The notes below the pieces were generated by a model, which was not told where the DNA came from, searched no databases, and saw only the letters and a program-made list of their open reading frames with translations. This document shows, one piece after another, positions 1 through 13,700 of a stretch of 64,000 bases of DNA. Numbering within the stretch: position 1 is the first letter of the stretch; each line of letters begins with the position of its first letter. A program made the translations under genes and the position numbers. This DNA comes from Lingula anatina (Eukaryota; Animalia; Brachiopoda): assembly GCA_051362555.1 (NCBI GenBank), contig CM120645.1, positions 23,278,934 through 23,342,933 of the forward strand, in the 5' to 3' direction.

Positions 1-485
1 GAAGGAGATTAGGTGGTAATATTATTCCAGGGGTGAGCTCAAATTGACTGCTGTGTAGAGGGGATATATTTGTGCATTCAAATTCTTAAGTTCAGGCTAT
101 TCCTCAAAGAATTCCCCAGGGTCTGTTGGCAGTGAAAGCTGCACGTCACATCAGCTTGAAGGGTGGGGATTGCCTCCAACGTCCCTGGGGTGCTTTCACC
201 TGATCCCCAGGGGTCTGGCCTGTTGAATTACCAGGTTTTCTGTGCGTGATGATTACTGATTGTAATATCCTGCATGTTGATTAAATGCGTAGTGACATTT
301 ATTGTGAATGAAACGATAGCCTAATAGCATACTCAGAAAGCATCAGCTTTGGTCATTTTGGCTTTGCACTGATCTTTAAGGTTGGCAGAAAAGATTTAAT
401 TAAACAAAAATTGTATTAATTTATTTATTTGTTTTTTGTTTTTTCTCAAAGCCCATTGTTTACTTCAAAATTCCTACATGTGATA

Positions 486-665
486 CCCCCACCCCACCCC
501 ACCCCCACCCCCACACCACCCCACCCCACCCCACCCCTCCCCACACCACCCCACCCCATACCACCCCACCCCACCCCACCCCTACCAACCTGCACCCACT
601 CCAGCACAAATGCACCTGTGAGGTCCCCCACCCCCACCCCTCCTTACCCATCGTCACCCACCCCT
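486..665. repeat. (CCCCA)n-like low-complexity tract, G-quadruplex potential on the minus strand
   Basis: Repeated ccccac/ccacc units in the intron upstream of the Shal last exon. Confidence 0.85.
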
Positions 666-1248
666 GAGGTGTCTTTCTGTACATTTTACATGGACTAGTA
701 ATATGGATCACACGCACCTGCAGAAATGACCCGTTTTTTCCTGATTGACTGATGGATAATTGCATGAACCCATAAACATGTTAGAACTGCACTTCTACTA
801 CTAATGTTATTTGTGGGCGAATGTGACTTCCATCGCTGAAGGAGAAATGTAGTTGATAACAGCTTGGACTAAACTAGATATTTCTGGAATTGTTTACACT
901 ATAGATTCTGAGAGTTATTGTCTACAAGATTTGTGCCATGTGTTGATATTCATTAAATTGGTTGAATAAAACTGTTATGAATCAACATCCAAGATTGATC
1001 AGTATTTTTGAAAATTGAATAATACTATGAAGTAAACTGTTAAAAATGATATCTGGTTAAAATGTCTACAAATGTAAATAAGGCATGATTTTGGGGTACA
1101 GTGGAAAATAACTGAAGCTGGGCAAAATCTGTTTTTGTATTTTTTCTTAACACCACCTTCATTGAAATGACAAGTATGAACTTGTATCGATTTCTCAATA
1201 TGTAATTTTAAAAAAATCATTCACCTTTTTTTTTCTGCCTTTTTCCAG

Positions 1249-1518
1249 CCACTTAAGAATTCCTCAGACGCAGAGGAATTGAACGACATCAGTATTCGCA
1301 TCCCCTCCAGTAATCGCAACTCACGGTCCAGTCTAAACGCCATGAGCTACCCGACTAGTTCCAACAGCCGACCCAACAATATACAAACCACAGCCGTAGT
1401 GAGCATGCCCAACACGTCGCCTGGCAACATGGGAAACTCCCAGGATTCCCTGCACACGCCCAGCACGGCCAGCACAGTGTCTCCAGCAGGGGGCGTGGTG
1501 AGAATCTCCACCTTATAG
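1249..1518 (+). CDS. Shal: Last coding exon of voltage-gated K+ channel Kv4/Shal (KCND family); rest of gene upstream of window
   Basis: Polypyrimidine tract and CAG acceptor end at 1248. Translation PLKNSSDAEELNDISIRIPSSNRNSRSSLNAMS...IQTTAVVSMP...GGVVRISTL* parallels the vertebrate Kv4.2 tail (ELSTIQIR...SNSRSSLNA...VTTAIISIP...GGNIVRVSAL), including the terminal PDZ-type ligand. Confidence 0.85.
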   Translation, partial: PLKNSSDAEELNDISIRIPSSNRNSRSSLNAMSYPTSSNSRPNNIQTTAVVSMPNTSPGNMGNSQDSLHTPSTASTVSPAGGVVRISTL

Positions 1519-4500
1519 CACAGAGGGTGTTGTGAGGACGGTGGGGCCCCCCTCCCCCGGGGGGTCTCACCCAGGGGGTCTCGGCAGGTCCTGCTAGGGT
1601 CTGTGTCATAATGGGTACGTGGCTGTCAAGGTGCAACAGGTGACATGCCGCTACGGGGACACTCACACATTTACCTTCACTAAAAGAATTATGAATAGTA
1701 TCGTTATATATACATATAACATATTGCTTATCATGCATAGATATGTATTTTACATGTATTTGTGTGTGATAAACAATTCATGTGGTGATGGTATACGAGT
1801 CTTAATGTTTTGATTAGTCATGGAGTTGAATTTCAAACGGCCATTATGGTTGTTAGTATAGCTAATGTAGACTTATTTAAGAACAAAAAAAAACTGTTAC
1901 TGTATATAGTCTGTGGTCAGTCCTTTAGCACATAGTTCACATCTTTTATTACATTTGTACACTTCAATTCATGACGTGTTAACGCATTTAGTTTATCTTT
2001 TAACGCTAAGAAGTGTCTGCGTAAATGTACTGAAGTAGCTAGGCGTTGCTAGAGGATAAAGTGTAGGACTCTCTCTCTTTTGAGGCAGTACTGCTGTGAA
2101 TTCTAGTGCTCAGTGAGCACACAATGTGATGTGACTGTTGTAAAACAGACTGCGATTGGCTCTCGCAAACCATGTGACCAGCTGTCACAGACGGGGGTTT
2201 CCATGGTTGCCATTTATCTCTATTTTTAGTTAGCACTTATGTATAGGAAATTTTGGAAGAAATTGTGAATATGATTGACCTGCTGCATGTGAAATGCTCA
2301 GGCAAGTTTTTCCCGTCTAGGGAAATTTTTAAAAACAGTACTTATTAGTGTGTTTGGGTGAGTTGGCATACATGTAAAATCTGTTTCCATTTTTAATGTA
2401 TATACACTGTGTCTGATGGTTGTATTTGATGAACACTCAGTCTGATTTAGAGTAGAGGGAAATGTTTTCATGGATGTTTAAGAAATAATTGCACCTGGTT
2501 CCTAGGAGAAAAAGAAAGATAGAGTAGTAAATTGTGAGAAAAATAGAAAAAAGAGTGACAGTTTCACTGTAGTTGATGTGTCCACCTATTGCTATTTTTT
2601 CTTCACGCGGGATTGTTATCATTACAGACCATGTAGATCGAAGCAATTGTACACATGATACTAGCCGTAGTAGGGATGTTTATTTTTCTTCTTCATACTC
2701 AGTTTAATTTTACAACACCTTGGTTTTTGTTTGCAGTGTTGAAAGTGAAAGAGAGCCCTCTTCACTTCTTGTTTGTTCACTTAGTTGTTATTTGTTGCAT
2801 CTTCCTTTTTGTTAAAATTCCTTGCTTCGTATTTTTATGACAGAAGCCATAAACCACCTCTCTAGGTTCTAGAAAAATCAATTTCTTGTCACGTAACTTG
2901 GGTTTTACCTTGAAATGACATCCGCTGTTATTATACAGAACATTTCCACAAACCCACTCCGATACTGATCCAATTAAAGTGGCAGGAGCAAAAGGGTATC
3001 ATTTCAAAAGGGTTATACCTATCCATTCATCCAGCTTCCATCTTACGTATCTATTTCAAGTACATTATAATCTGTTGATTTTATTTATTATCTGTATCCA
3101 CAATATGTTTTGTTTTAAGCACTGATGACTTAAACTTTTTTCTGGACTTCATTCACAAAACAAAGGTCTTTTAAGCAAACCGGTTTACTGCACTTAGTTG
3201 GCTTGCAATTATGTATTAAGTTTTCTTTTTTTAATTTTCAACGAACCACTTTCTGCAGTCATTTTCTGCAGGTAGATGTAGAAATTTATTGCTCTCAGAA
3301 TCCCCGTGTCACTGATCAATATCTATGCTGACGTCACAGATGTTCATCACTAGTTTTCTATGTTCAGCTGGAAGGCATGGTTAAGCTGTGTATGAGTTGC
3401 AGAATACCTTGCTATACACCTGATTTTTCACCACTCTGTGTCCTTTTATTTCTGCTCTTTCTTAATTTTAAATGTTCATGCTCTCTATTGATATTTAACT
3501 TTGTATTTTTAATTCTTCTGCCAGGCTTTTATAAAAAATTTGAAAGAATCTCAATTGTGATTTTAGGCTTCTTGCATAAAATTTATATATATATTTAATT
3601 TATCTTTAAAACATTATAGTTGAATTACAATCATTGTTATAAGGGAAAGATTGAGGGTGAACATGAAGAACAATTACCTCGAAAAGTGAAATGTACTTGT
3701 GTGTAGATTTCAGCATAATATATTTCTTACGTACGTGTTTTGTCTCCGGCAACTGTGTGCACTTTGACATGTTTGTGCTATGGCACACTTTTTACAGCCT
3801 TATATGTATATGATCTTATTCATCTTACAAAATCATAGACATATGTATACAATTTTTAAATTAAATAATGAATGAATAGTGGATTGTGGGAAGGTCATGT
3901 GATCACTGTGCACGTTACGTTGTGTTAAAGAACCACTACAGTTAGAAGCATTCTGGAAGAATTCTCAATCTGACAAACACTTGATTGACATTTATTCATA
4001 TGGAATGAAATTTTCATGGGTTGTTTACCAATATTTTAAACTTAATTCTGGAGATGGGCGGGAGGTATATATTTAATGCAGGTATTTTAACTTATCCTAT
4101 CTGATTCTTATAATTTGCATATTCTTAACCTATAGGATGAAGTCATTGAACATTTTTAGAAACTTGTTTGGTCAGTCTGTTTTGACTATTTGGAAATTTT
4201 GACCTCAGTGAGCTGAAATTAAAATTTTTAATTAAAATTGAAATTTATTTATTTTATTGCAGTAAAAAGATACTTTGTCAAAATTGCAATGCATTTTTTT
4301 TTATTCATGTATAATCTTTGTGGCTGCATCCTATCTTAACACCATATATTTCAACCAGCAAAATGTTAACACTGATGGCAAGTGACAGGATACACTTCAG
4401 TATTTTCTTCTATTATTTTCTGATGGACAAAAATAAAAAAAGAGCTTCCAGGATGCTTCTGGGTAGGTTATATCTGTTGATGGCTTATAAGATAGCCAAA

Positions 4501-6890
4501 ATGTAGTGTTTGCATATATATGTTAACAGTGCATGCACAAGATAATGCATAATACTCAACTATAAGACTATTCTTCACTGTGCCAGCTATACTCCATACG
4601 TTGTTTGATTGGTCCTTTGAATTCCAAATCCTGTTATTCTTTCATTGGAGCTGTTACAAGGCAAAAGCGCTATTTCTAGACTACATTTTTTTTCATGTGT
4701 ATTTTCTTTTTTTTTTTGTACCACAGGATTGTAAGCAATACAGAATCAACCAATCTTATCCGGTAAACTGTCAGAAACAGCCGATTCAATAAGAGAAAAC
4801 CAAATGCAAAGTAAAGTCAATTTGGTCCCAAGGGCGGCATTAGAACCTACCTGTAATCAGTCAATACTTCTCAATCTATTAATGGCGGCACTAAATCACT
4901 TTTGCTGCATTTATACAAGTCGAGATCTAGAGGGTGCCAGAGACGACTGTACTGCGTCACGGTATTCTTTGATCGTTATCAGAAAATAACCCTACGTGAC
5001 ATTATGTGTGCGAATTTTCACTTTCATATATTCATTAGTAACCAGTATATAAGAAATAAGTTGTCTCTTGCACTGTGAAATGATAATAACTTTGCTGAAC
5101 TTCGAAATGGCCGCCCGTTGCCCCATCCTTGGCTGACGTGACTTGATGCACGAATACAAAAATAAAAGTTTCACAGTGATGACATAGGCTGACAGAGTGT
5201 TCACCTGTAGGTTACATAAATAAGGGTGGAGTGCAGTTATGTTTTGCACCTGAATAATAAAATTCCCAGTTTCTGTGTCTGTCCAGTCACATTCACACTG
5301 GAATGATGGTTGGCATTTGTGGTGAATTTTTATATCCTACAAGAAACACTTGTTTTTTAATAAGTGCAGAAAGAGACTACCAAAATTTATGCTCCAAATT
5401 TCACAGATTGTCCGAGAAGCTTTCCCACCTCCCCTTATTTGCTGTCAATCTTCGGGTTCATTACACATAGTCAGCTCAGACAGGTACTCAGAATAGTTGA
5501 CTTCGACCAAGGCGGTTAGGTTTCTGTCTTTTTTTGGTTTGTTAGTTAACAGCTGAACTGATAAAGTTTTGATAAACTTTTCAGGATAGGTAAGAAATGG
5601 ACTAACATTGAATTGTTTAGATGTTGGTCCATTTACTGATAACTGAGGAGAATTAAGCTGCCTTGGCAGAGGTCTGCACTCTCTGAGCACCTTGGCGGAG
5701 GTCTGAGGTCTTTGTAGCTTGGCTGTGTAATCACTGTTGAATTAATGAGTTTATCTGGAACCACATTTTGGCCGTTATTTTGGTTCGACTATGAATTGGC
5801 CCATACCGGCTGCTGATTGCTAGCATCAATCTAATGTAGTCATTTTCACAGGTGCTTAGATTCTGTGTTTACTGCTGATGCTATGGCAACTGTCATTTGT
5901 TTTATTTATTAAGTTTCATTTACTGGAAACAATTGAAGTAGAGGTTGAACCACTGATTTTCTGTGATCCTACCGTTGACTGTGGTATGGGAGTTTTTTCT
6001 TTAGAAAAAATCTTTTGCATTTTTTGTGTGAAGTGTGAAATAAAGGGGGAAGGTCTTCTGGATCATTTAGGAATATTATAATTTAGGAATATTTACATTA
6101 TATGGTCTTTTTTTTAATATTCCTTTATAACATTTGTGTTGACTAGTGTTGCTTATAAGAAATGTTGAGGTTACTATCTCTACAACTATGAGATTTTTAT
6201 GTATAATGTGACATTTATTGTACACTTTAACTGCCAGTATTATCTCACTCTGGGATTTGCACATTTTCTTGGATGTAAATGGGTCAGCAAATGTTATATT
6301 TACAAACTTTTTGACAACACCATGAAATTGTTATAAAATGTACTAAGTTTAAATTAACATAATATGGAAATAACTCATTTAAGTGGGACAGACAGAAAAA
6401 CCAAGAGTAATGGACCGAAGTGGCCCTTAGAGAGTGCCCCCCCCCCCCCCCCCCAACACCCCCACCTTACTATTAGGTTGTGTTTGACAACACGTGTGCA
6501 ATATATTTACACATATTTAATGGAACTCACCCCTTTTTTATTACTTTTACTATATGAATGGTGAATGTTGCTGATAAACACGAGTATATCATACCACTAT
6601 TGTACAGAAATAGCAGAGCATCCGAGAATCCTGCATGGTATATGTATATATGAGTTTCAAACCTCGCACTTTTTGAGATTTTAACTTACATTTAACATAA
6701 GTCTATTACAGTAACTGTAACATATTATTATCTTATCAGTCCAGGTAGTCTATTTGGCTTAGATGATGAATTCATGCATTTACCATGAGATGTCACCGCT
6801 GCATATTAGTCTGTCTTGAGAGTCCAGTTTCCATCTATATTGCTGTGTTGGCAATTCATGTCTTGTTTCAATAAACCATGTTTAAATATA
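1519..6890 (+). other. Probable long (~5.3 kb) 3' UTR of Kv4/Shal
   Basis: No convincing exon in this interval. AATAAA lies near 6870, just before the convergent CCDC51 3' end. Other AATAAA hexamers occur earlier (e.g. ~5160), so the end point is uncertain. Confidence 0.4.
5495..5710 (-). mobile_element. Degenerate small HINE-like element (same family as 36626-36867, opposite orientation)
   Basis: ctgccttggcagaggtctgcactctctgagcac is essentially the reverse complement of the family end gcactccgagagtgcagacctctgccaaggcag. Confidence 0.65.
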
Positions 6891-7614
6891 CGAAATCACG
6901 GTCTTGTTCTCCATCGCCCCCCCCCCCCCCAAAAAAAAAAAATAATAATAATAATAATAATAATGATATTAGAGAAATAAAATATCAAATAATGGAGCCA
7001 AGAATTCATATCACTGGTTTTTCATGAAAGTCTCAAATCTGAGGATTAAGTAATAGGCAAAAATGAAGACTAAAAGGTTTTTCATGGTCTCTCAATAAGA
7101 TGTTAAAACATTCATTATTGACTAAGAAAGTTGATATCAACAGCCATACCTTTAGATCCAACTTAAACGGACCTTGATCACATGATCAAAGGGTAGAGTA
7201 CCATCCATCCCCGTGTGGCCTTTGGGTATTCGGGTCTTGGAAGAAACAAACCAATTCATTTAAGGAATTTAATTCCATTTTATTTTTCATGTTTAATATG
7301 ATAGAGTTTAATTTTTATTTCAGACTTGATGTCGAATTCAACCTATCAAAATTCCCTTTCACAGTAATCTGTGCACATAATAAAATAAGTATAATAAATA
7401 AAGGTATTTAAGACTGATGAAATTACGTTCTTCATTACATCTTGCATGATACATTTCACGAGAACAAAATGATTCTTTGAAATCATGGCTGTCAAATAAC
7501 ATGATATGGGAGAATATGATCAAGAGAGAAGTTATGAAATAGTTGTACACAAGCATATCTTTCTCATACTTCAACTACTTTCACTTTGACTCCAGTTTCA
7601 CTTTCACATCACAC

Positions 7615-9178
7615 TTATCCTCCACCTTTAAATATTGCATACAAAATTGGCACAGCAATGGCTAAACCAGCATAGACCATGGTCACAGTAACAATAGAGT
7701 TGATCTTCATCTTCCACTCCAAGTTCTTCTCTGTGTACAACATAATTTCCTCCATGTGTGGCCCGACATACACAACGTTCCCTGGAGTGTCACTGGCCTC
7801 GCGCACGGACAACAGGTGCTTGATCTCGGCCATCTGCTCCTCCAGGGCTTGGTCTTGGAGTTTCACAGCATTTATGATCTCTTCTGACTGTCTGTCCAAG
7901 AGCTCACTAGAAATACTCCGTGATGCATTCACTAGAGGTTTACTTTCACTTTGACTAGTTTCACTTTCATTTTGACTAGTTTCACTTTCACTTTGACTTG
8001 CATGCCCTATAAGAAGACTGATATCATTGACAAATGTTTTCAGCCTGTCTTGCTGTCCCTGCACAGTTTCCGCCAGCTGTTCTATCCTTCCCTGTAATTC
8101 CTGCGACCCAGCAGAAGATGTCACTATACGTCTCAACTCTCGATTGCGAAGGTAATTAGCTATACTGTACCCCACAAATCCTGTTACTGTGACAACGCCT
8201 GAAAACAGTAAACTCCAGTTTTTGGTTCTCTCGGCTTTCAGCCTTTCTTTCTCATGACTTTCTCTATGTGCTGCTGATAGCTGCTGAAAACAGTTTCTCT
8301 CCGCCTCTTCAAATTCGCTCAGCTCCTCGGCCAGAGCGTTGTCCTGTGCAATAACTGTATACTCCTCTGTGATCAGCTTAAGAAATCGTTCTTCTCCCCT
8401 TTTGATTTTGTCCAGCTCTAGTCTAATGGTATTTAGCTTTGTCTGCAGAGCAGTTCTCTCGTGCTGCTTGCTCCTCCTCTTCTCTTGATATGAAAGGAAC
8501 TGCTCTTCAGCCTGTCACAGAGGAAAAATAGATGGACATAGAAAACATAAGAAAGGAACTTCCCAATGTAGCTCTCAATGTTGGATCAATAATGCTCTGA
8601 CACTGGACTATTCTATTAATTACATCAAACTGGCAAAATCACCCCGAAGCAGCTTGCTATATGAGGATTACTAGAATATATCAAATATGAGCATCTCGTA
8701 AGAGGGAAAATATAGATAATGCTCAGCATGTCGTTAAGATATATTTACCAGAATCATACGAGGATAAAAAGGACATAATAATGCAATTAACCACGCCCAA
8801 TGTTAGGAAGCAATAAATAAATATAAAATACAAAAAGAGTCATGTCAGCAACAGTATATAGTCACTTAACGTGGACCATGTTTAAGTTTATCTTATCATT
8901 TAAGTTAAAAGAAATGCCAGTGATGCACGTGCAGTACATGTTACCTCAATGACTTTCTGCTGGGCCGCTTTGATCTCCGTGAGTCCAAAGTAGTCTTCGA
9001 AGGCCTGTAGCCAGCGAGTCGCCCTCCCTCCTGTGGTGTCATTCAGCGCCTGATCCACCTTGGGCCAACCCGTTATCGGAGACGATGCAAAACGCCGACT
9101 GAAATGGTCCTGAGCAGGGAAAAACAGAGTTTGTGTTCGCCGGCTTAGCTGCCCCCACCTCCGTCCCAAGGCGGCCAT
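7615..9178 (-). CDS. CCDC51: CCDC51 / mitochondrial potassium channel MITOK (~376 aa, 2 exons)
   Basis: Exons 9178-8945 and 8511-7615, GT-AG, phase 0. Arg-rich mitochondrial-type presequence (MAALGRRWGQLSRR). Contains FEDYFGLTEIKAAQQKVIEAEEQF, then a coiled coil, then LSAAHRESHEKERLKAERTKNWSLL before TM1, and a C-terminal TM, as in CCDC51. Confidence 0.9.
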
Positions 9179-10718
9179 CTTTGTTTTGACCTTGACTCGC
9201 ACGGACGGAATGTACCACCTTAGACCAGTGCATGCCATCTGAGGAATGAAGCACCGGGGGTCAACACGTTCATGTTATTTCAAAGATACTTTGTTGTGTT
9301 GTGTGATGTTATTGAATGGATATCGTGAAATTTTCTCTGCACCCCCCCCCCCCCCCCCCACCATCGGACACGTATTTGCTGTTTCTGGAAATTCAAAATC
9401 AGTGTAAAGTCAGCTAACTCTACGTAGGTACCTCAGTGACCAATGGTCTTAGCTTATATACGATCAAAAATGATGGCAAATGTGGAAAGAGGACGTCGCT
9501 GGACAGAAAACTGATCAAAAGCTGGCTTTAATTCATCCTTTTTTTTTTTTTACATTTTTTGCCACTCACTCTCGACAGTAAAACCATATACACCTAATCG
9601 GCCCTATGTGGATTGTCACAATCTCATTGTCTTCTCTAACACAATTCAACCCATGCAACTCTTGTCACACAAATTCGTTTGCTTCCCAAATTGATAAACA
9701 CATTTCTGGGAAATGATTTTTTTTTGCTGTGTGGAAAAGTAAATAAATACGACCATTTGGAATTAATTGTTTCCATAACTTGTCTTCAAACAATTATCTC
9801 ACAGAGGACCATGAAACAGTTTTACCCATTTACCCCCATAACTTTCCGTTTGCTGCTTTTGTGACCTAAACAGATTATGAAAATTAAAAATTCTTCCACA
9901 ATGTATGCTGATGCAATAAAAAAAGCACAGCAAATGAAAGGAGGGCAATAGCTTCTCATTAATAACATTTCCAATGTCCTCTTCATCTTTTTTATTCATT
10001 ATAAAATATCCAAATGATAATTTTGGCACTTCTCAAAGCTTTTGTGCCACATCTCAAACTTTCAAGTTTTTGGCAACAAATGCAACTCAAATGTTGTAAA
10101 CATGGTTTATTCATGTTATAAATGTCAACTCAAATGAATTAAAAAAAATACCACCACTGCCTTTCATATAGCAGCAAAACACATCCGTTCTTGTTGCATT
10201 GTTAGTGCACAGCATCTTTTACACTCAAAATGCATAAAAATCCAAAATGTTCCTTTCCTCATCTAAAAATCCTTGAAAAAGTAATGCATGGATAACAGAA
10301 AGAGAGAAAAAGAGAAAAATATCCTGTTGACAAAACAGAGAACCAGACACTGCAGTAAAGAAGAGATTAAAACTTAGAATATTGAACATCACTGCATGGC
10401 ACACTTTCATCGGTTATGACGGAGTTACAAAATAAGGAGTATTTCCTGTACTTTGCCTCTTACTCCAACGAAAATATTCTAAGCAGGTCACTGCCGGCTT
10501 TCTCTTTCAGAATAAATCTCTCACTGCTCAATGTCCAAGGTTGAATTTTTGTAAAACTAAAGATGTGTGCCTTCCCATGATGAAAAAAAGAAACATCGTA
10601 TGGTAATACTGTTATTTTTGTTTTCATCTGTTCCCCTTGGCCTTGACCTTGATCATTTGACCTTGACCTTATCACTGGCTTGAGCCTCACTTCACCATAT
10701 CACTCCTGTCACCAGATG

Positions 10719-13700
10719 TCACATAATACAGCTGAAAAGAGAATAAAAGAAGATTGGATATCAACACTGAAGTTCCAGGGAAGTATGTAAGCCCAGTTAT
10801 CATTGATTAAATTACTATTATAATAAACATTCATTTCAAGTTGACAATGAAATTAGTTTTCCTTGAAGAATACCACTCTCTTCCTTTTTTCTCTTCTGTC
10901 ATACCCCCCTCTTCTCTGCCCTCTACCAACAGCCTTGATCCCCCCACACACATCTTAATGTATTGATATGTCAGTTATCTGGTCCATCTTTACCTCATTA
11001 AACACACACACACATAGACACACACACACACACATAGACACACACACACACACACACACATAGACACACACACACACACACACACAGACAGATACATGCA
11101 CACCCTCACACACAGTCCTCGGCCCCATATCACAGAAAATACATGCACGCACACACCCATACACAAACACACAGTGGCAACTCACCAGTCCTCTGGTCCC
11201 CCAGGTCCTATATCATCCAACTCCCCGTCCGACCAGTCGTCCTCTGTGCTGATGTCATCCTCATCCTCATCATCGTACATCATGTTCTCCCTCATTGCAT
11301 AGCTGTCAAAGATGGGGTCATGGAACTTGTACTTCTCCACACAGTGAGGACAGTCAGGGGTGCAGTGAAGGATGCTGGACGGGAGAGTTACCACCGTGGC
11401 GCAGCTGTCGTGAAACTGACTTGGGGCGTCCGGCAGCCTCTCCCAGCTGTCCTGGTTCTCCATGTACTTGTAACAACTGAGGTAATTTGAAGGGGTTATT
11501 ACATGGCCGTTGCGGGGAGGGGCGTCTCGAACATCACGGTCCATCCCACCAAACACAAACATGGCCCCCTTGTGAGGGACGGCCATGCAGTTGATACGGG
11601 ATGGTTCGTCTGGAAAAGGAGGCAAACTTCGCCGACATCTTTTCCAGCTCTTGAGCTCCATGTCGAAAACCTTGCTGAATCTCTTTCCTGGTGAGGTGAC
11701 GTAAATCTTTTGACCCGTCACATGCATCATCTCTCCGTACTGGGCCCCGCGTGAGTACTCCTCCGTGACGCACTCCTGCAGATCCACGACGTAAAACCTG
11801 ACCGTCTCTACGCGCCCGATGCGGCTGGAGTCCGCACATTTGGCAAGCAGACATACGTAACGGTCAAGTACAGAAGCCAGTTGGCACATGGTTGGGATTA
11901 GTGAAGTGTCTTGAAAAGGAAAGTATCTCTCGATGTGTGTATTCAGGGGATTAAAACAACAGAGATATGGCTTGCCTGTGAAATACATGCTTCTGTCTTT
12001 GAGCATACAAATCATTCCTCGACACGTGACGGAGCATATGATGGTCCTGGAGGCGTAAGACATCAGGGGTTCTTGCACGGTGGTGGAAGAGCTCCACTGA
12101 GAGTCCTTCTCCTGGAATTTGTAAAACTCCCAAGTCATGTGCATGGGACGGACGAGATACAAATCACGCTGGTTCAACGTGGTACACACGTGGACATCAC
12201 TACGGAATGGCATCGGGGGCAACCGCACCCATTTAGAGTCCTCGATGACGAACCCATACATCTGGGCGTGGGGTGTGCCGTCCGGGGTGTGTCGCCCCCC
12301 TGAGATTACAATCACCTCCTTCTCCTCCGTGTCGGGGTGGATCTTCCCCAGAGACAAGTCCAAGTCATAGTTCTCTATGTGTTTGACACAGTCTGGGTCG
12401 CTGGACACCAGCTCCTGGTCTCTGATCACTGTCTCCATGTCCTTACAACTCACGCTGGACAGGTCTATGGCACAAAACAGCGTCTTGAACTCCTTCCTCC
12501 TTTCCATCTCTTTGTGCTTGGCCCACTTTATCAAGGCCTCAAAAAACACCATCGTTGGCACATATTTCAGATTTTTATCCTTCAGCAAGTCGAGCAACGA
12601 CTCTGCTGACAAGTCTACAACGTCGTCTTCCTTCAACGCCTCATGCAGGTACGCACGCAGTCGTTGGTTGGCCTGATCGTAAAGCGAGTGCAATCCGTAC
12701 ATGCTGGCTAATATACAGAGTCTGAGGCAGTTCTTGGAGGTGACCCCATTCCTGATGAAGTGGTGGGAGCACATGTCTTTCAGTCCCTCCAGCTGGAGAT
12801 AGTCAGCCAGGTGTAGAATACTGGAGACATTGTGCTCTGTAATGACGGCCTTGCCCAGGTAGATGTACTCTAACACAGTCTCAAAGGTCTCGGGGGAGGT
12901 GACACCACTGAGATCAACTTGGCCTGGAACAAGTTTTTATAACATTCTATTATTTTATATCACATTACTATGTAAAATATGTGATATAATATGTGACATT
13001 TTATTATTATCATTATTATTATATTTTAATGATAAAAAGCCATAAGATGCTTATAATTGTCTTTGCTTTCTGCAATACCATTCAGTTCATGTTGAACTCT
13101 TAAGAAGTTCCCAGCAATACAGACATAGAAACAAGCTTAAAAGTCTAACAGAAAAACATCTAACAGAATACATAGGGTAGTGAAGAAAGGACAACAGATC
13201 AGCACACTTACCTGAGAGCCTTTCCTTCATGCCACTGCTGTAGAGAGAACTGAAGTAAGGACAACACATCAGTACACACAGGTGAGCCTTCACTGCCTGA
13301 AACACAAACACAGTCCATGATATTATCACATAAATAATCTAGATTACTATCATCATCATTACACTGAAAGTGAATGTTATGTTTAGTGAGGATTAGTGTA
13401 GAAGCGAAAACGTGTTTGTCCTGTGTACTTCTTCGTGGATTTCTAGAATGTCATTTCATAAATAATCATTTATAGGACAAAAATGCTAGTAATGTATTTT
13501 CTAACACTGTTTAGATGTTTTACACAGCTCTCTACAGGCTTGGTTAAGTTTTGTTATTCACTAATAGCTGGATAATTCAACAACATCAAAAACTTGAACC
13601 ACATCAATAATTCTCAATTTCTGTAATACATAATTGGCTAAAACGTGAAAAATAAATACTCAGTAACTTTCCTCGCAGACTTATAAAAATATGTATACAT

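Noticed and set aside
429-765. Pro-rich and Gly-rich ORFs
   Set aside because: Translations of the (CCCCA)n tract.
4820-4910. tRNA-like 3' end on the minus strand (ggtaggttctaatgccgcccttgggacca)
   Set aside because: T-stem is imperfect and no acceptor or anticodon stems can be built; at most a decayed repeat.
1249-9178. Functional cluster of two K+ channel genes (Kv4 and MITOK)
   Set aside because: Unrelated protein families in different compartments; adjacency alone is no evidence of a shared system.
11143-12676. Plus-strand ORFs antisense to the Kelch exon (similarly 58977-59349 within paralogue B)
   Set aside because: Shadow frames of GC-richer coding exons with no independent features.
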